A DNA stretch of 64,000 bases from NCBI GenBank assembly GCA_963827655.1, contig CAWHCF010000022.1, positions 128,001-192,000 on the forward strand. Direction: 5' to 3'. Below, in pieces: positions 52,046 to 63,190 of this stretch. The stretch is from an uncultured Acidobacteriota bacterium. Lineage in GTDB: Bacteria > Acidobacteriota > UBA6911. The translations under genes and the position numbers were made by a program. The number at the start of each line of letters is the position of its first letter. Within the stretch, counting starts at the first letter, position 1. The notes under the pieces were generated by a model, which did no database searches, was not told the origin of the DNA, and worked only from the letters and a program-made list of their open reading frames with translations.

Positions 52046-54964
52046 TTAAGGCTTCCACTCCGCCATCCAGATGTTGCCCGTACGCTCGCCCATAGGGAAC
52101 ACGATCTTGTCTTGGGCAACCGAGATTTCAAGGAGGCTGGGAGGCACGCTCGAGATGGAGCGCCGGGCCCCGTGCAGATGATAGACAGGCTCGGCTTCGC
52201 CGAGTGGGCGCTTGGTTTTCGGATCCAGCCGTTGGCCCCAGAGACAAATGTAACCGTCCCGAGCCGAGCGGAAATAGAGCGAGTTGCTGTCCGGCGACCA
52301 GCGCGGAGTACTGTCCAGCGTTGCGCCGTTCGTCACCGCGATCCAAGTGCTCTGCCCGATTGCCGACATTCCTTGAAATGGCGCGATGAACAGTCGAACC
52401 TGGTCTCCAACGATGGCATCGAAGGCGATCCAGCGCCCATCGGGGGCGAAATGGGACCGCAAAAGGGGGTACTCCGGATGCTTGAGCACGATGGCCTTCT
52501 CTCGCGAAGCGACGTCCAGCAGACCGATCTGTTTTCGATCCATTGGCCAGTAGAGGAGGTACCTATTATCGGGGGACCAGTCCCAGGCCAGAAAGCAGTC
52601 GTCGCACACGTTTGCAGGGAGGGCATCTCCCGAGCGGACACCGCTGAGGGATGAAATGTTTACCTTGGGCTTCCCACCCGCCCAGTCGTTGTAAGCGATC
52701 TTGGATCCATCCGTGCTGATGGCCGGGCGACTCTCAAATGCCGGCGAGATGGTGATGGCTCTCTCCTCTCCCGTCCGGAGTTCCTTCGCCCAAACATCAA
52801 AATTGCCCGCTCGATCGGACGCAAACACCAGTCGCTGACCGTCGCCTGAAATAGCGGGCTGAACGTCGACGGAGGTGGCTTCGGTCAAGCGGCGGAGCGG
52901 GCCATTGGCTGCTGCTTCGCGATGATTGATCGGCAGACTCCAGATGTTGACGTTCGTGGTCAAGTTAGAAAAAGCGATTCGGCGTCCGGCTGACGTCGCA
53001 GGAGAATCTTCCGTGCCCGCTCCAAAGGTGAGCCGCTGGGGAGCATCCGTAACGCGCCAGTCTGTGGACGAAACGGCAACCTGCCAAATATTCCTGCTGT
53101 CCCCAACATCAGCCGCAAAAAGAACGCGGCCCTCGGCGGTCCAGACAGCGGGAATCAGCATCACGGCTGGCAGGTTGCCGCGTGTCGTCGGAAGTCCGTG
53201 CTTGCGCAAGGCTGCCAAAGCTCCTGTTCTGACCACGGGCCCGTTGTCGAGCGGTGTGACCCACCAGTCCCAACTCTCCGACGGTGGCGGGTTTCCGAGC
53301 TGATCCCCTAAAAACAGAATGTGCTTTCCATCCGGGGCCCAGACAGGAAAACGGCTGACGGCGAACTCTGGCTGAAGCTGCCTGGGAGGTCCCCCGGTGA
53401 TGGGAACAACAAAGGTCCGGCCGGCGTCAAGGCCCACCCAGTAGGCGATCCAGCTCCCATCGGGCGAGAACCGGGGTCTGCGTCCTTGCGCGGCGAACTT
53501 TGTCGCTTGTCCTCCCAGAGCAGAAACAACATAGACAGCGCCACCGTCCCGCTCGGAGCGGAAGGCGATCTTGGTCCCGTCAGGCGAAAAGGCCGGCTCG
53601 TGGTCATCGGCTGGATCCGTCGTCAGGCGGATCGCATCTCCTTTACCCACTTGCTGGACCCAGATGTCGAGATTGCCCTCCCCGCTGCGGTCCGATGCGT
53701 AGGCCAGCAGCTTGCCATCCGGCGACAGGGCGGGATCAGTGGTCAATCCCGAATCCGAGGTCAGCCGCGTGAGAATCGGGGCGGGGTTCGAGGGCCCCTG
53801 GCGGGTGAGCCACCACGTGAGACCCGCAGTGGCCCCCACCAAAGCCAAGCCGGCGATCGCCGCGGCGAAATAGCGACGCCGCGTGTTGATGGACGGCGGC
53901 ACGGGAATTGGAGACGATGGGTGCCGGGCCAGGCGCAGTTGAAAGCCCAGATCACGCGCGGACTGGAACCGTTCTTCGGGCTCCTTCTCCAGGCAATGCC
54001 GTACGATTTGCTCGAGCTGTGGCGATACCTGCGCAATCGGTGGCGGGTCTTGCTTAAGAATCGCATTCATCGTCTCGACGCTCGTATCGCCCAAAAACGC
54101 CCGCCGGCCCGCTAGCATCTCGTACAGAACCGCCCCCAGCGCGAAAATGTCCGACCTATGATCAGCCGTTTGCCCCTGCACCTGCTCAGGCGACATGTAG
54201 GCAGGCGTTCCAAGAACCATTCCGGGAGCGGTCTCGGTCGGGACCTGATTCTGCTGCTCCGGCCCTGGTTGCACCAGCCTGGCCAGCCCGAAGTCGAGAA
54301 TCTTCACGCGGCCGTCCCTGGTGATGAAGATGTTCTCCGGCTTGAGATCCCGGTGCACGATACCTTTATCATGGGCGGCAGCCAGGCCCTGGGCGATCTG
54401 GCCGGCATATTCGATCGCTTTACCTTCAGGGATGGCGCCGCCGGCGAGCCGCTGGCGCAATGTGGCTCCTTCGAGCAGCTCGGTGACCAGGTAGGGCGAA
54501 TCCTCTTCTCTGCCGATCGCGTAGATCGCCAGGACATTGGGATGGTTCAGCATGCCGGCCGCTCGCGCTTCCTGCTCGAACCGCCGCAGGCGCTCCGGAT
54601 TGCGGGAGTATTGTGACGGCAGAATTTTGATTGCCACTTGCCGGTTCAGAGCCGGGTCCAGGGCCCGCCAGACTTCACCCATGCCGCCAGCGCCGAGCGG
54701 AGCAATCAACTCGTACGAGCCCAGGCGCTGTCCACGGGCCAGCCGCGGCGCTTCGTCGGCGAGGGCGCGCGCCGCCACCTCCACAGCGGGTGATTCCAGA
54801 AAGGGGTCGTCTGGTTTGTGTGCTTCGAGCAGTGAGACAACTTCCCGGCGCAATTCGGCATCACCTGCGCAACTCTGGTCGAGAAACGCGGATCTCGCGG
54901 ATGGGTCATGATCCAGGGCGGCCTGATAGATCCGCTCGACCTTTTGCCAGCGCTCCGGCGTCAT
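52046..54964 (-). CDS. Hanks-type Ser/Thr kinase with TM helix and TolB-like PD40 beta-propellers
   Basis: LGAGGMGEV, VAIK, HRDLKPEN, DFGLA, YMSPEQ; repeated SPDG motifs. Confidence 0.95.
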   Translation of the reverse strand: MTPERWQKVERIYQAALDHDPSARSAFLDQSCAGDAELRREVVSLLEAHKPDDPFLESPAVEVAARALADEAPRLARGQRLGSYELIAPLGAGGMGEVWRALDPALNRQVAIKILPSQYSRNPERLRRFEQEARAAGMLNHPNVLAIYAIGREEDSPYLVTELLEGATLRQRLAGGAIPEGKAIEYAGQIAQGLAAAHDKGIVHRDLKPENIFITRDGRVKILDFGLARLVQPGPEQQNQVPTETAPGMVLGTPAYMSPEQVQGQTADHRSDIFALGAVLYEMLAGRRAFLGDTSVETMNAILKQDPPPIAQVSPQLEQIVRHCLEKEPEERFQSARDLGFQLRLARHPSSPIPVPPSINTRRRYFAAAIAGLALVGATAGLTWWLTRQGPSNPAPILTRLTSDSGLTTDPALSPDGKLLAYASDRSGEGNLDIWVQQVGKGDAIRLTTDPADDHEPAFSPDGTKIAFRSERDGGAVYVVSALGGQATKFAAQGRRPRFSPDGSWIAYWVGLDAGRTFVVPITGGPPRQLQPEFAVSRFPVWAPDGKHILFLGDQLGNPPPSESWDWWVTPLDNGPVVRTGALAALRKHGLPTTRGNLPAVMLIPAVWTAEGRVLFAADVGDSRNIWQVAVSSTDWRVTDAPQRLTFGAGTEDSPATSAGRRIAFSNLTTNVNIWSLPINHREAAANGPLRRLTEATSVDVQPAISGDGQRLVFASDRAGNFDVWAKELRTGEERAITISPAFESRPAISTDGSKIAYNDWAGGKPKVNISSLSGVRSGDALPANVCDDCFLAWDWSPDNRYLLYWPMDRKQIGLLDVASREKAIVLKHPEYPLLRSHFAPDGRWIAFDAIVGDQVRLFIAPFQGMSAIGQSTWIAVTNGATLDSTPRWSPDSNSLYFRSARDGYICLWGQRLDPKTKRPLGEAEPVYHLHGARRSISSVPPSLLEISVAQDKIVFPMGERTGNIWMAEWKP

Positions 54965-55536
54965 CGCTTCAACTCACGCTTCAGCCAAGCCTTGGCTGCT
55001 CTCCAGTCTCTTCCCACAGTGTCCGTCGAAATTTGCAACGCTTCAGCTGTCTCCTCCAGGCTCAATCCTCCGAAGAAGCGCAATTCCACCACGCGCGCTT
55101 TGCGCGGATCAAGTTTGGCCAGTTCCTGAAGCGCCTCGTCCAGCGCGACCAGATCAGAATCGACGTTTGTTACTACACCCAGCCCTTCCCCAAGCGTCAC
55201 CTGGCGCCAATCGCCACCGCGCTTCTGATACCGTCGGTTGCGAGCAAAGTCTACCAGGATTCGACGCATCAATTGGGCCGCCACGGCGAAGAAGTGGGCG
55301 CGATTCTGCCACCGTACGCGGCTGGAGTCCACGAGCTTGATATAGGCCTCGTTCAGCAGGGCCGTGGTCTGAAGGGTGTGTCCAGCGTGCTCGCGACGCA
55401 TGTAGCCCTCCGCAAGGCGGTGGAGCTCGTCATAGACAAGCGGCATCAGGCGGGACAACGCATCCTGGTCGCCATTGCCCCAAGCCATCAACAGCTCCGT
55501 GACGTCCTGATGGGACTGGCCGCTCATCGCGTGCAC
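54961..55536 (-). CDS. ECF sigma factor, TIGR02999-like (kinase-associated)
   Basis: LVYDELHRLA, HTLQTTALLNEAY, NRAHFFAVAAQLMRRILVD; coupled to the kinase gene. Confidence 0.93.
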   Translation of the reverse strand: MHAMSGQSHQDVTELLMAWGNGDQDALSRLMPLVYDELHRLAEGYMRREHAGHTLQTTALLNEAYIKLVDSSRVRWQNRAHFFAVAAQLMRRILVDFARNRRYQKRGGDWRQVTLGEGLGVVTNVDSDLVALDEALQELAKLDPRKARVVELRFFGGLSLEETAEALQISTDTVGRDWRAAKAWLKRELKR

Positions 55537-55635
55537 CGGATGCCGACACTATAGCATCCCTGTAGCTTATTTATGCGGAGTTTCCCGGCCAGATCGCGCC
55601 TATACCTGGGTGAAACCAAAAAAGGAGGTTTTAAG

Positions 55636-56928
55636 ATGATCATGAAATCCGCCATACAGTTCCTCGTGACGAGTGGGCGTAACGACAAACAATCCCTGTT
55701 GGTGAGGCCGCGCCGGCTGGTGGTGACTTTTGCCATAACCCTTGCCTTCGCCCTCGCCCGCCTCGCGACTGACCCGGCTGCCTTCGCCGGGAATGGCAAC
55801 GAACACTGGGTGGGGACCTGGAGCACCGCTCTGCACGCCCCGGACGCGGGCTTCGGTATAACGAACTCTGGCTTCAACAATCAGACTCTGCGCCAGATCG
55901 TGCACACGAGCGTCGGCGGCGATCGGGTGCGCGTGCGGCTGTCCACGTTCGGGGCCAGTGCCCTGGTCATCGGCGCGGCGCACATTGCCCTCCGCGGCGC
56001 GGGCGCGGCGATCGTGCCGGGGTCGGATCGGACGCTGACCTTCGGCGGCCAGCCGTCCATCACCATCCCGCCAGGCGCGCTCGTGCTGAGCGACCCGGTG
56101 GATCTCGACGTGCCCGCGCTCGGCGACCTGGCGGTGAGCATCTTCGTGCCCGGAAGTACCGGACCGGCGACGTGGCACTTCGAAGCGCTGCAGACCTCGT
56201 ACATCTCTCCGCCCGGAGATTTCACGGCAAGCGCCGTCATGCCGGTTGACTCGACGACGCAGGGATGGTTCTGGCTGGCCGGCGTGGAGGTGATGGCATC
56301 CAAGCAGACGGGGGCGATTGTCACCTTCGGCGACTCGATCACGGACGGTACGAGGTCAACACCGGACATGAACAACCGGTGGCCGGACCGGCTCGCCCGG
56401 CGGCTGATGGATCAGCCGGGCAATCACAAGATGGGCGTGCTGAACGAAGGGATCGCCGGTAACCGAGTCCTCCATGACATCATCGGTCCTAACGCCTTGG
56501 CCCGGTTTGACCGCGACGTGCTGTCCCAGACCGGAGTGACGCACGTGATCGTGCTCCTCGGGGGAAACGACATCGGCTTTGAGGCGTTCAGGCCCGCCGA
56601 GGCTGTGACCGCCGGTCAGATCATCGAGGGCCACAGGCAGTTCATCGGGCGCGCGCACGCGCGAGGACTCAAGATCTACGGCGCCACCCTGACCCCGTTT
56701 GAACTCTTATCGCCGGCGCAAGAGGTCAAGCGCCAGGAGGTCAACAGGTGGATTCGCACGAGCGGCGAGTACGACGCGGTGATCGACTTCGACGCGGTCA
56801 TGCGCGACCCGAGCCTCCCAACGCGATTAAACCCGGACTACGACAGCGGGGACCATCTGCACCCGAACGACCTCGGCTACCAGGTGATGGGCAACGCCAT
56901 CGACCTGAAGCTGTTCAAGAACCACTAG
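55636..56928 (+). CDS. Secreted SGNH/GDSL hydrolase
   Basis: GDSITDG, NEGIAGN, GGNDIG, DHLHPN; AGGAGG RBS. Confidence 0.92.
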   Translation: MIMKSAIQFLVTSGRNDKQSLLVRPRRLVVTFAITLAFALARLATDPAAFAGNGNEHWVGTWSTALHAPDAGFGITNSGFNNQTLRQIVHTSVGGDRVRVRLSTFGASALVIGAAHIALRGAGAAIVPGSDRTLTFGGQPSITIPPGALVLSDPVDLDVPALGDLAVSIFVPGSTGPATWHFEALQTSYISPPGDFTASAVMPVDSTTQGWFWLAGVEVMASKQTGAIVTFGDSITDGTRSTPDMNNRWPDRLARRLMDQPGNHKMGVLNEGIAGNRVLHDIIGPNALARFDRDVLSQTGVTHVIVLLGGNDIGFEAFRPAEAVTAGQIIEGHRQFIGRAHARGLKIYGATLTPFELLSPAQEVKRQEVNRWIRTSGEYDAVIDFDAVMRDPSLPTRLNPDYDSGDHLHPNDLGYQVMGNAIDLKLFKNH

Positions 56929-56942
56929 CCCAGAAAAAGAGC

Positions 56943-57017
56943 GATAGTCACCACAATCCCGAACACAATTATCAGACGTTTTTGAGCTGGCTTAATTCGG
57001 GGATTGTGGTGACTGTC
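56943..57017. repeat. Inverted repeat between convergent genes
   Basis: GATAGTCACCACAATCCCGAA ... TTCGGGGATTGTGGTGACTGTC. Confidence 0.7.
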
Positions 57018-57064
57018 CCTCGTCAGTATCGCCTCCTTGTCCCGCAGCGCGCATGCCGACACGT

Positions 57065-57712
57065 TCAGAACAGCCGGCCATCTTCAATGGCAAATGCCCT
57101 GCAGGGACAGCCGTCACCGCTTTCGATCCTTAGCGGCAGCGCCGCGAAGAACACCTTCTCGGTCTCGACCTCATCCAGGTTCGTCAGTCCCTCGACAATG
57201 GTCACGCCTCCACCCAGTAGGATCTTGTGGATGTGTGTCAGCTCTTCCCTGTTGTTTACGTCGGCCACGGAAGGCGGTTCGACGCCAAGAAGCTTCACCT
57301 TCCGCTCCACGCACCAGCGGGCGAGCTCTTCGGCCACGCGCGGCAGGTTGTCGCGGTAGTATTGCGGCTCGTCCACATGCCGGCTCCAGCCGGTGCGGAG
57401 CAGCAATGACTCCCCCGGCTGGAACCTGTCTGCCACGCGTCCGAGCTGCGTCACGCCGATGAGGGTCTTTGCCTTAATGCCGTCAAGATTTACTACCCAG
57501 GCCGGGCCCATGCAGCGGTCGAGAGGAATCTGATCGATAGTTTCGGGGCCGGCGGCGAAGTGTGCCGGCGCATCCATATGGGTGCCCGCGTGGGAGTAAA
57601 GGTGGAGCGTGCGCGCGTTCCAGCCGTCACGCTCGATCGACTTCGTGGTTTCGAACTCCACGCCACGCATGCCGTGACCGAGCGTCAGAGTAAGGTCGAT
57701 AATTCGCATCAT
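57065..57712 (-). CDS. Cyclase family (kynurenine formamidase-like) metal hydrolase
   Basis: HAGTHMDAPAHF, LLRTGWS, IVEGLTNL, GDGCPCRA. Confidence 0.92.
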   Translation of the reverse strand: MMRIIDLTLTLGHGMRGVEFETTKSIERDGWNARTLHLYSHAGTHMDAPAHFAAGPETIDQIPLDRCMGPAWVVNLDGIKAKTLIGVTQLGRVADRFQPGESLLLRTGWSRHVDEPQYYRDNLPRVAEELARWCVERKVKLLGVEPPSVADVNNREELTHIHKILLGGGVTIVEGLTNLDEVETEKVFFAALPLRIESGDGCPCRAFAIEDGRLF

Positions 57713-57816
57713 GGAGCTCTTTGGGCCAGGACCAGGCCGGCTGCAAGTAACAATCGCCGGCGGTATTCGGCAAACAAGGAGCCGGTCACTTCATTTTTGT
57801 ACCACAAGGGAGAGTT

Positions 57817-60616
57817 TCACGAAGCGGTCGAATCAATTCCCGACGCGGCTGCTTTCGATGACTCTTCCTTGAGTTTCACAACCGTGTAGCCGACCTTGGC
57901 AAGTATTTGCGGAATGCCTCGTACCAGCTTTCGATCTTTCTCCTTCTCCTCCTCGGCTAATGTCCCTTCCCCAATTGCCGCGGTTTCGGCCGGCGTGTAG
58001 AGTCTGGCCATTTCCTCAAACGACAGCAAGCGCCACGGGAGAAGATCCTTGTGCAGCTTCTGTTCCTTGTTCGTTTCGGCGGCCCAGCGCCAACCCGCCT
58101 CAATCTTCGCCTTCATCCATCGCCCGTGTTCCATTTCCGCCAGGGACTCAAGCGCAGAGCCGGCGAAGTCCGGGAAGGTTTCGTTGCTGCGGGCGGGAAC
58201 CATGATGCAGCCGACTCGGGCCAGCTTGCTCGGTATGTCTCGCACGAGGCCGCGATTCTGTTCCCTTTCGTCTTCAGGCAACTCGGCAAACGCTTTCAGC
58301 GAACTGTGAGTCCTGAGTTCATCATTGGTCTGGGGTCCCCAGCGGTATCCCTTGGCTCGTAATTCTTCACAAAACAGTTCGTGCGCAGCTTCGGCCAGTT
58401 TTTCAAGCAGTTCCCCTTCCAGATCCATCCGGTGTATCAGGGCCAGGAAATCCTGTCCATCCACGTGCAGGTCGAGCTGCGCCTCCGAGGGGAGGCTGGA
58501 GCGCTCGAACCGGGTCTTGCCCCCGAGCAGGCTCATCGCGATGATCGCCTCCATCGATCGGACTCCGTGTTTGTAATCCTGCGTTTCCAGGAAAGCGCGC
58601 AGCACACCTTGATCAATGTTCATTAGCTGCTTGCCTTCTTTCTTGTGGAGCAGCTGAGGCGCGTTACGCTGAAGCGCCGAGCGCAGCAGGATACCCCGGC
58701 GGATGATGTAGTAGGGATCAGGGGGAGCCGGAGTATCATCAGCAGGTTTCTGACGATTCGGGCCCAGGATATTGACGTACCCTTTGAGCCGGCTGATGAA
58801 ATCCGGTCCCTTGGCTGCGCGGAACTTCTCCGGGCCCAGCCTTTGACCAAAGGTTTCCATGCTTGAGCTGGTGCCGCCTGCGAAGACGAAGATTGAGCGC
58901 CCGATGGGATGAGTGATCTGTCCTTCCTGAAAGCTGCCGTCCTGCATCGGAGCCAGGAAGTAGCGCAGCCAGCCGAGCGCATTTCCTGCCAGCGCCGTGT
59001 CGAACTCATCCCAGAATACGAGCGGAATCAAACCCGACAATCCTACGTCGCGCACCTGGTGCAGCGCCTGAAGCAGTTCCCCGGGGTCATTGCGCTGCGA
59101 GAGATTGAACTCCAGCACCTTGATTTGATCGGGCAGAAGTGAATTAGCCACTTCGATGATGCCGAAAGATTTGCCGGACCCCGGAGCTCCGAAGACTGCG
59201 ATGGACAACGGCCGCTTCTGACGGCTCTGGCGGCAGTATTCACTCACCAGCGTACGAATGCTGCGAAAGCTTTCGATCTCGCGCCGATCCACGGTCAGTA
59301 GATTGCCGAACTGTCCGAGCGGCACGCCCTGCAATGCGCTCTCGGCTCCTTCGATCACAGTCTGCCGGGCGATCTGGTCCAGAGCGCCGGCGCGGCGATC
59401 TTCCAGAATGGTCCACAAAGCCGGATGCGGCGCTATTCCCGTTCCCGCCGCGGGCTGGGTCAGGAAGCGCGCTTCACGCACCTCGGTTTCCGCGAAGAGT
59501 TGTTTCTCGCCGGCCAGCTCCGTCAGCGATCGATCCGATGGGAAAGGCCAGTTGAGCCCTGGACGCGACTTCCCCCCTGACGCCAAATCCTTCCACATGA
59601 AGCTTGCGCATCGCAGCCAGGCCACTCTGGATGCCCTTGCCGATGTCGGGCTGCTCGCTCGAAAGCATCAGCTGCCTGGCAATGCCGGCCGTGAGACAGG
59701 AAGTGTAGCCGATCATTCCGCCGGGATGACTTTGTCCCCACATACCCTCGATGACCGCGGGATCGAAGAACAGCCGGCATTTCGGTCCGCCGCCCGCTTC
59801 TCCCCCGCCCTGTGACCGCGACAGGAGAAACGCGCCGTCCGTATGGAACGAAATCACAACATGAGCGCAATGAGAGAGCGCATTGACGCGCGGGTTATAG
59901 ACCAGTTCCCAAGCCAGGTCTTGCGCGGTGCGCTCCCAGGAGAGTTCGCGGCTGATCTGCACTTCCGTCAGGCGCAGATCATTGACCGTCATGACCACGA
60001 TCAGCCGTTCGGCGCAACTCTGATGCAGGTGCTCCCACAACTTGCCCTGAGCCACGGGTCGAGCCATCTTCAAGAGAATCCAGGGACGCCGCCCTTCCGT
60101 CGTGATGGCGCGAGGCCAGAGTTCCGGATGCTCGCGAAAGCCCAGGTCCGCATCGTCGAGCACTACGATCCTGGCTTCCGGGGTATCGTCCACCACGAGC
60201 TTCCAATCGGCGCCTGGCACTCCATCGACCGCGCTGCGATCCAGTCCCAGAAACTCCTCCACGCGCCAGGCCGGTTTCTCTCTATCGAGAGGCGATTTGA
60301 CGCCGTACTTGAAGAGGGACCACAGGGCGTAGGAGTGATGGTAGCGTCCATCGCCCGGATGGACCGGCTCCGCGGGCGCGCCCGTCTGACGGACTTCGCA
60401 TTGTGCCTGCCCGGCCCCGCGCAACTCCCTGGCGACGGCGTCGATCAGATCGGCCAGCAACGCCGCTCCTCCCCGCTGCCAGTAAGCGCGAGTACAGTCG
60501 TCCGCATTCCACCCTGCCCCGCCGCCTTCCGAACGCCGGGTGCGGGCGAGATTCCAGTCAATCGATACATCCCCGGTAACGACAACCGCGTGCTGCAAGC
60601 CGTGAGTGTCGGCCAT
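57817..60616 (-). CDS. PfkB-like, P-loop ATPase, 2x RyR domain protein; one frameshift near 59525
   Basis: ORFs 59474-60616 and 57817-59625 join if one base is removed (SIA/TELAGEK). Walker A GAPGSGKS, Walker B LVFWDE, and two RyR-like repeats are present. Confidence 0.78.
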
Positions 60617-60763
60617 AATCCCACTCCTCTTTAAGCCTGTGGCATTCTTATATCAGCAAAACAAATAATCAAGCACCGCCGACACTGCTTTCCTCTCGCA
60701 AGGATTCTTCGCGTTTCTTGGTGTCTTGGTGGCTGGTTTCGTTATGCGGAGTTTTCGAACTTC

Positions 60764-63184
60764 CTATTCGTAGCGCAAGGCGGTCATCGCATCGACGCGG
60801 GCGGCCCTGCGGGCCGGCAGGTAGCACGCAGTCAGAGCGACCAGCAGGAGAACCAAGCCCACCCAGACCATGGTGACTGGATCGGTGGGGCTGGTTTCGA
60901 AAAGCAGACCCTGGACGAGGCGCGTCAGGGCCAGCGCCCCGATGACCCCGACGACCAGGCCGGCGGCGACGGGAACGGTCCCACCGCCCACCACCAGCTT
61001 GATCAGGTCCCAGGAAGAAGCTCCCAACGCGGCGCGAACACCCAGTTCTTGCGTGCGTTGTGCAGTGACGTACGAAAGCACGCCGTAGATTCCCACGGCG
61101 GCCAGCAGGAGCGCCAGTGCCGCGAACACCCCCAGCAGCAGCGTGCGTAACCGCGTCCCGGCTACGGATTCGGCCTTGATCTGTTCCAGCGCCCTGGCGT
61201 CGGGCAGAGCCTGGTTCTTGTTGATACGCCAGATCGACTGTTGAATCGACTTGATGAGCATCGAAGGATCGCCCGCGCCCTTGGCTAGAAGGCTGACGCC
61301 GACTATCGGGCTCTGCGCGTAACTGACGTACACGCCGGCGTCCGTGCTGTCCAGGCCGCTTACCTTCTCGTCTCCGACAATCCCGACCACCTCCCATGGC
61401 ACCTCGGGGCCGAGCTCGCGCTTGCCGGTGATGATCTGCTCGATGACAACCTGCTTGCCGATCGGGTCTTCATCGGGAAAATGCCGCCGGACGAAAGTTT
61501 CGTTGATAACGATCACGGGCAACGATCCTTTGACGTCGCGGTCGGCGAGTCCGCGCCCTCTCCGGATCGGCATCCCCAGCGCGAAGAAATAGCCGGGCGT
61601 GACGATCTTGAAGAAGCAGGCTGGACGCTTGGACTGCTCGTAGGCCCTTCCCGCAATGCGAAAAGGCATGCCAAAGCTCCAGCCTTGCAAGGGGAGGGCG
61701 GAGGTAAAAGCCGCTTCCTTTACGCCTGGAACGGCCCGAACCGTTTCCAAAGCCTGATTCAAGTAGGTCGTCAACCGCGCGCCGTCCGTATCTTTGTCCA
61801 TCATGAGCTGGAAATACATGGTGACGACATTGGTCGAATCGAAGCCCGCGTCAACGTTGGTCAATCGCTGAAAGCTGCGGATCAGCAGTCCCGCACCCGA
61901 CAGCAAAATGAAGGCCAGGGCGACCTCCGACATGATGAGCGCATTGCGCGACCAGCGCTTCCCGCGGCCTACGAATCCACGGCCGCCTTCCTTCAGGGCC
62001 TCGGCCGCATCGCGACGCGACATCTGCAGAGCCGGAGCCAATCCAAACAGCAACCCTGTGACCAGCGCCAGCGCCGCCAGGAAAAGCATGACGCGAAGAT
62101 CTATTCCGACCTTTGCGTAGGTAGGTAGAAAGAAGGGCGGCAAAAGTCTGTGGATACCGTGAAAGAGCCCGTAGCCCAGCGCCAGGCCCACGGCGGCGCC
62201 GAACGCCGACATCAGCAGGCTTTCGGTCAAGAGCAGTCGGACGAGCCGCCGGCGTCCGGCGCCGAGCGCTGCGCGGATGGCCATTTCGCGCGACCGCATC
62301 GTCCCGCGCGCCAGCAGGAGGTTGGCCAGGTTGGCGCAGCCAATCAACAGCACCGCTCCTACCGCCGCCATCAGCACGATGAGCGAAAGCCGCAACTGTG
62401 GTCCGACCATGCGGTCGATCCATCGGTCGATCGTAACTCCCCAATCCTTCTTCATGGCGGGGTACTGTTCGGCGATGCGCGCGGCAATCGCGCTCATCTC
62501 TGCCCGCGCCTGTTCCAGGCTCGTTTCCGGCTTCAGGCGCGCGACGGCGGTCAGGTAGTGGAAATTTCTGGTTGCGGTTTCCGGTTTGAAGGCAAGCGGA
62601 AGCCAGATGTCGGACCATCCACGGTCGAACTCGTTGTCGCCCGGCAGCACACCGATGATGGTGTAACTCTCGCCGTCCAGAGTCAGATCGCGTCCCAGGA
62701 TGCCGGTGTCGCTGCCAAAGCTCGATTGCCAGATCCGGTGGCTCAGCACTGCCACGCGATCTTTGCCCGGCAGATCCTCGCCATTTGCGAAGGCCCGGCC
62801 CAGCGAAGGTCGAACGCCAAAGATGTCGAAGTACGGAGCGCTGACCAGCCCGACCCGGAGCTGGCGCGGCTCCCCGCTGCCCGACAACGTAACAGTCTTC
62901 CCGCTCGAGGCCGCGATCATCTGGAAGACGGTGTTCTGCTTCTGCCAGTCGAGAAAGTTCGCGGCGGAGATCACGTTCCGCGTCCCACCGGGAGGTTTCT
63001 CCCAGAGCTGAACGATCCGCTCGGGCTCGGGATAGGACACCGGCCTCAGCAGCACGCCGTCAAGGAAGCTGAAAATCGCCGTGTTGGCGCCCAGGCCGAG
63101 AGCGATGGTCAACACCGCGACCAGAGTGAAGCCGAGATTTTTGCGGTAACTGCGCAAGGCGAAACGAACGTCGTCCCACAGCAT
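60764..63184 (-). CDS. ADOP-type duplicated ABC (MacB/FtsX) permease
   Basis: DDVRFALR, LGLGANTAIFS, EMAIRAALGA and ELGVRAALGA, C-terminal DAMTALRYE. Confidence 0.93.
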   Translation of the reverse strand: MLWDDVRFALRSYRKNLGFTLVAVLTIALGLGANTAIFSFLDGVLLRPVSYPEPERIVQLWEKPPGGTRNVISAANFLDWQKQNTVFQMIAASSGKTVTLSGSGEPRQLRVGLVSAPYFDIFGVRPSLGRAFANGEDLPGKDRVAVLSHRIWQSSFGSDTGILGRDLTLDGESYTIIGVLPGDNEFDRGWSDIWLPLAFKPETATRNFHYLTAVARLKPETSLEQARAEMSAIAARIAEQYPAMKKDWGVTIDRWIDRMVGPQLRLSLIVLMAAVGAVLLIGCANLANLLLARGTMRSREMAIRAALGAGRRRLVRLLLTESLLMSAFGAAVGLALGYGLFHGIHRLLPPFFLPTYAKVGIDLRVMLFLAALALVTGLLFGLAPALQMSRRDAAEALKEGGRGFVGRGKRWSRNALIMSEVALAFILLSGAGLLIRSFQRLTNVDAGFDSTNVVTMYFQLMMDKDTDGARLTTYLNQALETVRAVPGVKEAAFTSALPLQGWSFGMPFRIAGRAYEQSKRPACFFKIVTPGYFFALGMPIRRGRGLADRDVKGSLPVIVINETFVRRHFPDEDPIGKQVVIEQIITGKRELGPEVPWEVVGIVGDEKVSGLDSTDAGVYVSYAQSPIVGVSLLAKGAGDPSMLIKSIQQSIWRINKNQALPDARALEQIKAESVAGTRLRTLLLGVFAALALLLAAVGIYGVLSYVTAQRTQELGVRAALGASSWDLIKLVVGGGTVPVAAGLVVGVIGALALTRLVQGLLFETSPTDPVTMVWVGLVLLLVALTACYLPARRAARVDAMTALRYE

Positions 63185-63190
63185 GCCCTA

